The translations under genes and the position numbers were made by a program. Below the pieces are notes generated by a model. It had not been told where the DNA came from, searched no databases, and saw nothing but the letters and a program-made list of their open reading frames with translations. A DNA stretch of 64,000 bases. Source: Minutocellus sp. GHC0000111. Lineage: Eukaryota. The stretch lies in contig OZ361256.1 in the NCBI GenBank assembly GCA_977018835.1, positions 7,316,001-7,380,000 on the forward strand, given 5' to 3'. Positions 48,303 through 59,593 of this stretch are shown here, one piece after another (positions within the stretch are counted from its first letter, which is position 1; each line of letters opens with the position of its first letter).

Positions 48303-49109
48303 ATGAGCTCAATACGCAATCTGCAATCGCCGTTTGTAGTGTCAAATGAGTCGAGGCAGTCGAGCGGTAGTGGCCAGGAGGCCAGGAGTGGCGGCGCGTA
48401 GCGATTGGCCACTCGAAGCTATCACTTGCCCGGCTACTCATACTGGCAGGATCTGGTTCAGTTCGTACTAAACAATCACACAATGCTAAGCTTCTTCTGT
48501 TCTCATCGTTTGCATCCCTTGACGATGCAGGGTCGGGTATTCTTGTTGGTGGGCTCCATGGCATTTGGTCTGGCTGCGACAAGTGCCGTCTACATATGGT
48601 TCTACATATGGGGAAGAGAAAGTCTGGACTTGGTCGTTGTTGATATTCCAATTGGATTGGTAGCCTCGGCCGCTGCGATATTAAACAGTGTCTTTGATTT
48701 ATTTTTATGGTACATGCACAGCTGTCCATGTTGTCTACCTGGTGCACTGTTTGACCTTGATAAGAAATGCTATGGAAAGGCTTGGGTCTGGGTTGGGCGA
48801 AACTTGGCTGCATGTCTAGTAGGGCTATCGTTGATAATGGCCTCGGGCGCGGCACTGGTTAGATATTGGGTGGAAGAAGACGATGATAATGGCGACGGCA
48901 ACGAAGGTGGAGGAGGACACGGATTCACTTTTCTCATCAGCTATGCAATTGAATGCATCCTGTCGTTCTTTCTATTTGATCCAATCGTTGCCTTTGTCCT
49001 ATTTTCTGGGGTACTTGGGTGCTTCCGATTGCCAATTCTTGGTGGAAGGCCATGGGAAATGAAAAGTGAAAAGAATGACTCGGATGCTACTGCAATGGTC
49101 TCTGTGTGA
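48303..49109 (+). pseudogene. Multi-pass membrane protein with early in-frame TAG
   Basis: ATG 48303 is in frame with the ORF at 48405, interrupted by TAG 48399-48401; several hydrophobic helices. Confidence 0.55.
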
Positions 49110-49220
49110 TTCCTATTTTTTGAGCTTCTTAGCTTCTTGCACGGCATGTGCTTCATCTTAGATGGAGAGATAGACTACGTGACTATATGCACTGCAGTAA
49201 AATTTAAAGTTTATACTATT

Positions 49221-50267
49221 TTACAGTGGCTTCCAACCAGAGTGGACGGCCACAATACCACCCGTCATATTTGTATATTCGACGTTGGTAAAGCCAGCCT
49301 TTTCCATTCGAGCCTTGAGCTCGTCTTGCGTACTGAATTTGCGAATACTCTCCACAAGGTACTGGTACGAGGCACGATCATTGGCAACCATTTCACCGAC
49401 GGCAGGGATTACATTGAAGGAATAGGCATCGTAAATGGCCTGGAAGGCAGGATTTGGCACATGAGAAACTTCCAAACAGAGGTAGCGGCCACCCGGCTTG
49501 AGGACACGGTAGGCATCTCGAAGGGCCATATCAACATCGGTGACATTCCGAAGGCCAAAGGCAATGGTGTACAAATCGAATTGCTCGTCCTCGAAAGGAA
49601 GGTGCTGGGCATTGCCCTCGACAAAGCTCAATGCCTTGGTATCATCCAACAGGGCATGTCCATATCGGTCACGAGCTCGCTTCTCTCCCACCCTCAACAT
49701 TTCGGGGTTGATATCACACACTGTCACGTTGATCTCATCGTTTCCAGAGGACCTCGACCGCTCGGCACAGCCGGCAGCGTCCACAAAACGGAAGGCAACG
49801 TCACCCGTTCCACCGGCCACGTCCAGTATCGACATGAGAGGTTCCGCCGGATGGTCGTGCGCCGCCTGCCGACGAAAGGCCTTGGCCGCAGCCTCCACGC
49901 CCGTCATTTTGAGCAGCTCGTCCTTCCACAGCCGATGCAATCCGCCACTCATTAAATCGTTCATTATGTCGTAATTGTCAGCGACGGACTCAAACACCTC
50001 GCGGACACGTCCCTCCTTGGCCTCGATCGACACATCCTCGTAGCCGAAATGAGTGGTGGGCCAGGTTACGTAATCGCCCACTTGAGCCGAAGTACCACTT
50101 TTCGGCGACGAAGCACCGACAGATGAACCTGACGCACTGTCCCCAACAACTGCCGAGGTGAAGCTTCGGGTTGCAGCCGAAGCCGAAGACGCTGAATCAG
50201 CAGCAATGCGAAGAAATGAGGAGGGCTGTGGCCGAACTGCAACGCCGAGCAGCAAGCCTTGTTGCAT
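49221..50267 (-). CDS. COQ5: Ubiquinone biosynthesis C-methyltransferase COQ5/UbiE
   Basis: THFGY, VFESVADNYDIMNDLMSGGLHRLWK, LDVAGGTGD, IAFGLRNVT, YQYLVESIRKF. Confidence 0.96.
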   Translation of the reverse strand: MQQGLLLGVAVRPQPSSFLRIAADSASSASAATRSFTSAVVGDSASGSSVGASSPKSGTSAQVGDYVTWPTTHFGYEDVSIEAKEGRVREVFESVADNYDIMNDLMSGGLHRLWKDELLKMTGVEAAAKAFRRQAAHDHPAEPLMSILDVAGGTGDVAFRFVDAAGCAERSRSSGNDEINVTVCDINPEMLRVGEKRARDRYGHALLDDTKALSFVEGNAQHLPFEDEQFDLYTIAFGLRNVTDVDMALRDAYRVLKPGGRYLCLEVSHVPNPAFQAIYDAYSFNVIPAVGEMVANDRASYQYLVESIRKFSTQDELKARMEKAGFTNVEYTNMTGGIVAVHSGWKPL

Positions 50268-50667
50268 GGAGACCGACGGAGCTCATGATTGTTTATTATA
50301 TTCCAGATCCCTCTTATGATCGAAGGGCAACAATGGGCTTCTAATAGCTCAGAGTTGAGTACGAAAGGAAGGCAGCGGTGGCAGGGTGGCAGGGGGGCGG
50401 GGGCGTGTGTGTGTACCTACTAGCTAGCTAGGTACGCGTGTGGGGTGGGCTGGTGGGCTGGCTACGGCCGGCGCGGCGTGGCGTGGTGGCGATGGACGGG
50501 CGGCTACGAGTCTGTACGTACGTTTGTTCCCGCCAAAGCAAAGGAAGACCTGACCATCACTTGACCTGATCCCGGTTTTACCTTCGTCATTCGAGATTGG
50601 GCGTGTACGAAATAGCTCCACATCTCTGAGTTTTGCATCTACTTATCTGCCCGGCCGCCAAGCACCC

Positions 50668-51273
50668 ATGATGTGGTCATCAGTTTCAGCTCTTTGCGCA
50701 TTTGTGGTCTGCTTGCTGCTCGCATGCGACGTATCTTCAGCATTCACGCCAGTGTCCTCCTCGTCAGCATCCCATCATGATCGTTCTCTGACCGTCCTCA
50801 ATGGACGACGAAAAGGTGGTCTGAAGGAGTCGTTGGAGGGAGACCCCAAGAACCCCAAGAGCCTCAATCAGGGACGCGGCCAGGAGATTACGGGCGTAAC
50901 GCTCCCCGCCGAGGGGAAGATCAAGGGTTGGGAGTTTGGCAACGACCTGAGGATGGCAGCGGCCCAAGTAGAGGGAACCTTCTACGCTGTTCAGGGAGAG
51001 TGCCCTCGATGTGCATTCGATCTGTGGAAGGGCACGTTGGTTACCGACGAGGCGTTTGGTCCCGACCTACCGCGCGTGGCCTGCCCGACCTGTGCAACTA
51101 CTTTCTCCCTCAAGACGGGAACGCATGGGCCTGCCCTGAAGAGGACTGGTTTGAGCGGATTTGTTGGAAGGTTGGCCAAGACAGCAACAATCAATGATGC
51201 CAGTCGAGATGCCAAGGCATACATCATTACAAGGGACTCTGAGACTGGGCAGGTATTCTGTAAGGAAAGATAA
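50668..51273 (+). CDS. Plastid-targeted Rieske-fold-like protein with CxxC..CxxC
   Basis: Signal peptide + SSAFTP; FYAVQGECPRCAFDL..G..VACPTCATTFSLKTG. Confidence 0.7.
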   Translation: MMWSSVSALCAFVVCLLLACDVSSAFTPVSSSSASHHDRSLTVLNGRRKGGLKESLEGDPKNPKSLNQGRGQEITGVTLPAEGKIKGWEFGNDLRMAAAQVEGTFYAVQGECPRCAFDLWKGTLVTDEAFGPDLPRVACPTCATTFSLKTGTHGPALKRTGLSGFVGRLAKTATINDASRDAKAYIITRDSETGQVFCKER

Positions 51274-51901
51274 TGCTATTATGGCGCTGGCAAGCAGCTC
51301 AAGTAAGTTGCTTGCATTATAGTGATGGGAAACGAGCCATCCAACAGAGAAAGGAAAAGGGAGAGATCAAAAAGCCAAAAGAAAGCGGAAAAGAACAAGC
51401 AGAGAAAAGTAAAGCAGCGCAGTAGCAAAAAACTAGCTGTAAAGAGCAAATAGGTACTAATGAGCATAAGCAATCAATGTCCATAATCTAGCCACGACTG
51501 ACAACAACCAGCAGAGCCTTTAAGGTAAACACATAAGATAATCTACGTAGCAATGATATATCACGGTACTTCCAAGCTATTGTACAACAGCTGCCAAGGC
51601 ATTTCTTGCTTCTGTCCTCTGTACATGAATGCGCTGTTAAGAAAATTTTTCTTTGTAGGAATCCATTCGATTTGGTTTATAACTGATGGTCTTTCTTGGG
51701 ACTTCTCGATGTCAGTGAACGAACATGCTCCAAAACAGTCGTCAAGCAGTCAGAAAAAACATACCGGTAGCATGAAAGTACGCTTCATGCGAAATCACTA
51801 TTACATGCAATTGCCATGAATGTGTGTTGAAGAAGGAGTTTATTTTTATGTTTTTTTTTTTCTTGCATGTATTTTTTTTATTATCACCGTGCAGGACCGA
51901 T

Positions 51902-52402
51902 TTAGAAGACGCGGAAGGACTTCTTGCCGGTGTTGGCGTTCTTGGCGGCCTCGTGAGCGACAACGTTGAACCTGACGGTCTTGGAGAGGGGACGGCACTG
52001 TCCGACAGTGACGATGTCACCCTCCTTGACGTCGAAGGCGGGGGAGCAGTGGGCGGCAAGGTTCTTGTGACGCTTCTCGAAACGACGGTACTTGGTGATG
52101 TAGTGGAGGTAGTCCCTGCGGATGATGATGGTGTTCTTCATCTTGGTGGAGACGACGATGCCCTTGAGGATGCGGCCACGGATGGAAACGTTGCCGGTGA
52201 AGGGGCACTTCTTGTCGACGTAGTTGCCCTCGATGGCGGTGGAGGGGGTCTTGATGCCAAGGCCGACGGCGCGGACGAAGCGCATGGGCTTCTGGCGGCG
52301 GTTGCCGATCGCGCGCTTGCGGGCGACGAAGATGGCATCCTGGCTCTGGTAAGCCTTCTCGTGCTGGTCGCACTCGACGTACTCCTTAGCGAGACGGGGC
52401 AT
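51902..52402 (-). CDS. RPS11: 40S ribosomal protein S11 (uS17)
   Basis: [41 protein letters not shown]. Confidence 0.98.
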   Translation of the reverse strand: MPRLAKEYVECDQHEKAYQSQDAIFVARKRAIGNRRQKPMRFVRAVGLGIKTPSTAIEGNYVDKKCPFTGNVSIRGRILKGIVVSTKMKNTIIIRRDYLHYITKYRRFEKRHKNLAAHCSPAFDVKEGDIVTVGQCRPLSKTVRFNVVAHEAAKNANTGKKSFRVF

Positions 52403-53435
52403 GATTCCTTTATCTGCTAAGAAAACTGTAGTGTAGGAGGGTGATGAGGAAGGGAAATATCAGTGAGATACACAGGCTGGAGGCGGGGGAAATCTGTCAT
52501 GCCTTCATTTCATCATCGTGCCATCTAAAAGCCATCATTCCATTTGGACCCGAATACACCTCATTGACACCAACACATGCAGGGATGCACACCGATAACA
52601 ACAGCTGGTGCAATAGTGTCTGTTCCAGGAGCGCATACACCGCTTTCATCGTGCAACTGCTCTCGGGCCAACGGGCAATGAGCCCATGTCCCAACATGTC
52701 ATGTCGGTGTTGCCGTCGTCCATATCCTCGTTCGATACGTGGCGATCAGCACCGCATTCCACTCAGCAACTACGCACTACGCACTGCATACATCAATCGT
52801 TGTTGGCAACCACAAGGGTTCCAATCGTCCTCATCCGCTTCCAGAAAACGCCGCCGTGCATGGTTCATCGTACCTTCCGCAACAGGAAATGGAAGAGGAT
52901 GGGTGTATTATCCGTTAGTAGGGTAGGTAGCTCATAACCTGTTTTTTAGTAAGCAGGTAGATTGGACTGGTTCGACTCAAACTTGTACGTGATGCGTTTA
53001 CGTACTAGTACGTATCGCGTGAGACGAAGAATAAAAACGGCCGGCCAAAGCAAGCCACCAGCAGCAGCAGACAGCCGATGGCGGAAGCTGCATTCTTTGA
53101 GTGGCCCACAAATGTGTATGTAGAAGTTCCTAATGCAATAACATTGATATTAGCTACAGGTCTATAGCTACGTTCTCAGCGCCCGTTCATTACACAACAT
53201 GTAGATCATCTACATGCACATGTGCATGTGTTGGTTTGCAGGTTGGTTCTTTCAGTCAGCAGCATCATCGGCACTACCGGCACATGTGTTCACCACAATT
53301 CCATGCACTCTGCATGTTGTGACGGCCAATCCAATGCACACGAACGTACCAGGTCCCATTAAATGAACACGAATGATGCCCGCCCCAGCCCCGTGTTCAC
53401 ACAAGCATCAAGGAAAACCACACTGAATGACATCA

Positions 53436-53969
53436 TCACCAAACCCTCCCGGAATCAATCGATGTGCCTCCACTCAATTGGTCAGATCGCATGTACTCCA
53501 TCGAGGCAACAATGTAATGTGCTGTAAAGCCAAAGTATTTCTTGAGTGCATCTCGTGCTTCTGAGTCGTCTTTCAACTGGTCATGCTCATCAATTGCCAG
53601 CTCCATGTGCTGAACCCATCGATGCGCGGCGTTCGTCCCGACGTTGTAATTGGCATGCCGTCCGACCAGTCTCGTGTGCTTCCCCTTCTTCTGCCGGTGC
53701 AGATCCGGCCCACCGAATGTCTGTGCGAAAAATCGATGCTGGTTGTCGATTGCCTCCTCATTGGTGCTACTGGAGAAAATTCCGAGGAACCACTGCGCAT
53801 CGTCATCAGCAAAGACACGATCGTAGAGCAGCGTGGAAAGTTGCCGAAATCCTGCCTCCTGACCAATCCGTTGGCAAACCGACGGAATGAGATTCACCGC
53901 CCTTTCGCTCTCTTCGTGCGACATCCCTGATTTCTGACCGGCGATGCGATGAAGCGTGTGCTTGGACAT
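53436..53969 (-). CDS. Group II truncated (2/2) haemoglobin, GLB3-like, with unusual substitutions
   Basis: LSTLLYDRVF, EEAIDNQHRFFAQTFGGPDL, RLVGRH, AAHRWVQHM. Confidence 0.88.
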   Translation of the reverse strand: MSKHTLHRIAGQKSGMSHEESERAVNLIPSVCQRIGQEAGFRQLSTLLYDRVFADDDAQWFLGIFSSSTNEEAIDNQHRFFAQTFGGPDLHRQKKGKHTRLVGRHANYNVGTNAAHRWVQHMELAIDEHDQLKDDSEARDALKKYFGFTAHYIVASMEYMRSDQLSGGTSIDSGRVW

Positions 53970-54366
53970 TGCACGAGGTCTTGGCGTGTGGATTTCCCTC
54001 CATGTACCTAGGTATCCGAAGTTGGCAACACACTACGAGCCAACTAGCAAGCAGCAGATTCGAGAATCGAGAAGTTCGAGTGTGTCAGATTTTCCCGCCC
54101 GGCGAGAAATAGAACCAAATTCTTTCATCGCCATAAATAAGTGAATGATCATCTCGATGTCTCGAGGAGAGCCGACGCGAAGACACCTGCGTCCCATTAC
54201 CCTGATGAGATCGCCGAAATTTCAGTCTGGTGACGACAACTCACTTTCAGAAGTAAGTGAAAGAGAGGATCAATTTTCGTCGGTTATCTCTCTGTCAAGT
54301 CAGGAGCAACCATAATCATCAAAATCGCATCACCAAAGCATTCTATCAATAGATCGAAACTCAACC

Positions 54367-55250
54367 ATGTGAGTACTCGTTCGGCTGCGGAGGCTCGTCG
54401 TGGCGGCGGCAGCGGCAGCGGTGGCTCAACTCTCGCCAGGGGAGACGCCGCATGCCGTGTGCCGGCAGAACGCAAAAAAGACATCCCATAAACTTTCAGT
54501 TTCACCTCGATTTAGCCGGAATGCGCCGCCTTTGCCAAGCGATTGATTCGGTGCAGCCAAACCGAAATAAAGGCGTAATCTGTCGGCATCATTTATCTTT
54601 CATTATCTCCCTTTCGCACATTCCGCATCTCTCTCACTTCGTTATCATTCCTCCCCAATCCAACTTTTTTGTTCAACTCCACATGCGAACGATATTTTGG
54701 TTATTTATCACTTATTGTTTATCTCAGGGGCATGCTCAAGAGTATCAAGAAGAAGATCACGCCAAAGAAGGGCAAGAAGTCCAAGAAGGAGGCGACCAAG
54801 GACGTCGAATCGGAAAAGGTTGAGAAGGAGAAGCCTCTTGTCGAAGAAGAGGTCGAGGAGAAACCCGAGGGAGAAAAACCCAAGGAGGAGAGTGAGAGCC
54901 CTTCTGACGAGGAGAAGGAAGACGAGGAGAAGGTCGAGGAGGAGGAAGCAAGTTCTACTGCCGAGGAAGGAGACGCCAAGGCTGACGAGACCGAGGCCGA
55001 GGAGAAGGCTGTAGAGGAGGAGGAAGAGAAGCCGGTTGAGGAGGCCGAGGAACCCTCCTCCGCCCCCGTTGAGGAGGCCACGGAGAAGAAGGACGATGAC
55101 GCCGTGACCGAAGCATCTACTGCTCCAAGGGATGAACCTTCTACCACTGAGGTCGAGGCGAGCGCTGAAGAGGCGGCTGAGCAGTCTGCATATGCCTGCT
55201 GCGGCGTTGAGGGCTTTACGATCCCAAAAATCCCTTTCCTGACCGCATGA
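54367..55250 (+). CDS. Acidic disordered protein with MGxxxS + polybasic N-terminus; intron 54369-54727 splits the ATG
   Basis: accAT|gtgagt ... tttatctcag|GGGCATG gives MGMLKSIKKK; E/K/A-rich body; C-terminal YACCG. Confidence 0.7.
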
Positions 55251-55601
55251 GAGATGTTTACGTAGCAGAACATTGCGTTCCGATGGTGGATTTCGTCTCA
55301 CAACATTGAGCACAGACAGTGAGTCCTGCGTCTCGAATAAATCAATGTTTATTGGTGAGAGTTGTATGTAAAATTGATGGATATATGTAGAGAGTCGATC
55401 AGGTGCAATTTTACGATTGTACCAGTTTCGAGATTGTATTATAACCTATGCAGCCGTAGCGCTTAGAGATGGATAAACTATAGATTGCGTTATATTATGA
55501 CTTCATTGACTTATAAATATTTTCTGCGTCGGTTGTTATGAACATATATAAAATTTGGAACACCTTTCGAGAGCGTCCCATCTTCTGAATTCTTTTTTCT
55601 A

Positions 55602-58600
55602 TCAAGCCGATGCCCGAAGGAGTGTATTTTCTTTCTTGATTTCTCCCTTCTCACCAAGAGCGAGGACACCATCTCTGAGAATCGTCTCGATACGATGTTC
55701 TGATTCTGAGATCGCCGACATTACGGCCATCTCTGATTCCAGTACCCGTCGCTCCAGTGTCTTCATTTCGCTGTATAATTGACTCTCCAAGTTCTTCGTC
55801 TCGGCCTTGATTTGGGTTTTTGACTCGGATGTAATGCGAGTCATTTCTCTCTGAATGTAAACAGCTCTGCCCCTCCACATACCAGAATCACTATCCTGAT
55901 CAAAGGATGAACCTTCGCTTGTACCAAGAAGACGCACCATGCAACTCTGGATGGAATTACGATACCAACAGGAAGCGCAATTGCTAGTACTGCCGCTGTT
56001 ATTGTTGGATGACGATGAAACTCCAGTCAGCCCCGAGGTTCTCTGAGACAAGAAAGTCAGCATTAATACCAAGACGCCGACATTAACGATGATACTGCCC
56101 AGACTAAACGTGATTGTTCCATGGTCTTCACCAGCAGCAAAGCCTACCATTTCTCCTACAAACCATATCAGCAGTGTCAGCGTAGATAATGCAAAGAATA
56201 TCAGACTTCCCTTGGACCAGCCCCTGGATCTTTGGCGCATCCACAATTTGCGGAAGGTGTTTCGATCCGAATCTTCGTACTTGATTTGTCGACTGTCTTT
56301 TCTTAGAAGATTCTGGAACGAAATCAGCTCGGAGAGAATCATGACACGAGCACGTCCGAAGAGAAATTGAGACCGAATGAGACACTTCTCGTATGAATCC
56401 GAAACAATGGCAATCAACACATTGAGAAGAACAATCACGACCATAAAACTGAAGAGGACAATTAAAAAGACTGAGAAAGGCGTGTGGAAATCCTCTCTGT
56501 CGAATTGACCGTAGTCTCCCAGCAAAATTGAGTAGACCGACAGATAGTATTCGGATGGCTTACAGATTGACGAGGTTGCACTAGTTTCATCTGCACATTC
56601 GGGCGGCAAGAGCAACGTGTAAAACATTTGGCTAAACGAAACGACGACGGCGAACAAAATAAGCAAAAACCACGCCAGATCCTTGGTGATCTGCACAGTT
56701 GCCAGGACGAACGTAGCAAGATGCATATTGATAGTCTTGAGAAAGCCGAGTGCACGGAGCCAAAGCAATCCGGTTGCCACAGATAAACACCACCTTATCG
56801 CTCGACTTTCCTCCCCAAGAGAGATGTCTTCCGAGAATTGAACGCGGAGGAAAATCGTACTCGCGAGACTGAAAAGAATTGAGAAAATATCAACCACATT
56901 CCAGAAGCCCCAGAAAACTTATGACCAGAACCCGCGAGCCGATGTCAAGGAGAGGGATGTGGCCTTGCCCAGTTCTCGAATGATAAAGTAGAAGATTGTA
57001 GAATTTGCTACATAAATCCACTTGATCACAGTCACAGGACTCTCGCCTTCAACGAACCCATCGGCACACTTTCGGAAGCTAAAAATAAGGCAGAGCAGGA
57101 ACAAGCAATCGAAAAACATGACCGACACGGCAAACTGACGTGTAATCATGGTGTCCAGAACGCTCCTGACAATTGGAGTCGTTGCAGCCTGCTCGATCGC
57201 AGCCTCATCGAGTCCAACTAGACTGGGCACGAAGTCATCGAGGCCAAGCACAGCTTCTCGTATTTCGTTCGATTTGGAAGAAATCAAAGTGCTGCCGCGA
57301 TGAGCCAGCTGTTGTTGGTTGAATGATCCGGAAACACTTGACAAAAGACCCAGGTACTCCACAGCCCTATGTGTCACAATTCTTGCGTCGGAGCGCAACA
57401 TACATGTGAACCACGGTCCCATAGCCCTCTTACTCAGCATTATTGAACGGATGATCGGCAGGTCAAACACGCGGGTGCGTTCCTCTTCTTCTTCGATAAG
57501 AAGCAGGGTTTTCATTAGATTGGGAATCGATGCGATCCTCTCAACGAGGCGGGTGTGAATCATGGCCACCCTGCTTGCTCCATGCAAAGATGACGCCCCA
57601 GCCTCATTGGACCGAATGCTAATCGAGCGCAGCTCGGCCTTGGCATCTTCTTCGAGCTTCTCAATAATGGCCGAGAGGATAATGAGGGTAAGCTGCACGT
57701 GGCTAGATAGCCGGCCATGCATAGGGAACAGTTTCTCAGATAATCCCATTGGCATGCGACGAATGCTCTTTGCAGGAAATGATTTGCGGCTCCGTTTCGT
57801 GAAAGAATCGCTGTTCATCGACATGAGGCTGTTGCTTTTCCGTCCTCCTCGCGCTGAGGGTGCGTTAGCAACGCCATCACTACCAACAACTTTGCCAGCC
57901 TCTACATCATCGTGACCAGTCGCCAAAGGTGAGAGGGAATCGGAGGAGCCCGAACTTTCAATAGTCCAAGAACTGGATCGGCCCAAATCATTCTGTATGT
58001 GAGCTCCATTATCAGATTCGTCAGTAATAGCACCTGATGCGTGAGCATCTGCAGTAGAGCTCAGTACTCCACCACTGATGTGCAGGCTTCGCCCGACATT
58101 TGCAAGCGCGGCCTTGGACTGCGTCACCACTCCCCCGACAACATTCTGCATCTGCTGAAGGGAATTCTCAATATTCACACCTGTAAAGGACGAGCTGCTT
58201 GTCCCATCTTGCCGATGTAGACCAAACTCATCGTCATGGACGGCACGTATCCAATCCACCAGACCACCCTCGAACGGAATTTCACCTTCACTGTCCTCTT
58301 CCAATATGGCCATTGGGTTCGCCGGAAGTAGGAAAGTGACGACAAAGTCTACCACCGAGGCAACCTCGCCATTGTCGAGAGCTGCTGCGCCGACAGAACT
58401 GATGATGGGCTCGCCATTCGGATTGAAGTTGTTGCTCGGATCGCAAGTGGGATTGCCGTCCTCATCATAATCCGACGAACGGTTTGCCAGCCTGCCATTA
58501 CGCGACAGAATATGCATTGCGGTCCGTCCATCTCTGTCCTTAGCTATAGCCTCGCGCTGAACAATAGAGAAAACCTTGGTGGCCCGTGCGACCGGTGCGT

Positions 58601-59324
58601 CTTCGCCGGTACGGCCGTTGCTATCTGTGGACTGCGGCTGGGCATGGAACTTGGCCGTGTGAAGCGCATCAGCATCGATGGCAGAATAACAGATGTTGTG
58701 CAGATCAGTGGGGCCCTGATAGCTCCTCACATGCGATGCACGAGAGGCAATGCTCCCATCGGGGCTATTGGGATTTCCAGCATTGCCATCGCTACGTCTT
58801 CGTCGTGACGGCAGCCTCTTCCGATCGGCATGTTGCGACGGGGATAAAAATGACAATCGAGGCCGTGGAGGAGAGAACACATCTCGTCCCATCTTGATGA
58901 GCTGTTTGCTGTATGACATCCGAGAAGATCGTTTGTTAGCCACAATGGGAGTTTTGTCATTGTCTTCATGCCGTCCGCCGCGGCTGGTGGCCGAGCTACT
59001 GCTACTGCCAGAAGTGCGTGAACGCGCATTGGTGCTGCCTCCTCCAGGAGAACGTCGACGCAGAGAATTGTTACTGGAGCCGGCCATGCTCCCCGAACTG
59101 CTCACGCTGTATATAGTAATGTCATCACCACTATCATCATCGCGACCACCGTCCGAATCGAATTGATTTTCAGAGGATTGTGAATCACCATGCTCTTGTT
59201 GTCTCTCTTCTTCATTGGCATTTTGGACTGTCGTCTGCATTGGCGTTTCGACGGCGGTATCTTGCTCCTCATCTCCCTCGGCAATCGATTGCATCGTTGG
59301 AGGGGCACCGGCCAAAGCTGGCAC
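55602..59324 (-). pseudogene. TRP-like cation channel with one in-frame TAA (56919-56921)
   Basis: FWNVVD, LLWLRALGFLK, ITKDLAWFL, SILLGDYG, LLNVLIAIVSDSYEK; the two ORFs share a frame separated by TAA + 7 codons. Confidence 0.82.
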
Positions 59325-59593
59325 AGCTGGTGAAGTCTTTTATCTCGTCAATTAGTAATCACGCAATGCATTCACGATCGTGCAATAGCAGACAATGCGC
59401 GCATGGCTTCGGTATCTTGAAATGAAACCGTCGTTTGCCTTGTCGGTTTGCGCATTTCGTTTAAATATTTCATGGGTCATTGGTCTTCCGTTATAATATA
59501 ACATCGATCGATCGCCGGCGGTCTCGGAAATCTCCGGTAGAGCAGGTACAATTAACGTTACAAGCCTTTCTATCTAGCCTCCAGACTCTAGAT

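Noticed and set aside
49137..52420. Long antisense ORFs over COQ5 and RPS11 (also over prfA, MAK11, START and the coiled-coil gene)
   Set aside because: Shadow ORFs from GC3-biased codon usage; no independent motifs.
52460..52516. Box C/D snoRNA upstream of RPS11 (minus-strand ATGATGA...CTGA)
   Set aside because: Only ~57 nt with no terminal stem; the CTGA is better explained as an intron branch point.
3617..56921. Stop-codon reassignment (TAA read as Gln), suggested by four in-frame TAAs
   Set aside because: TAA ends RPS11 and COQ5 at their expected C-termini, an in-frame TAG also occurs, and some of the same genes (PEX1) also carry frameshifts.
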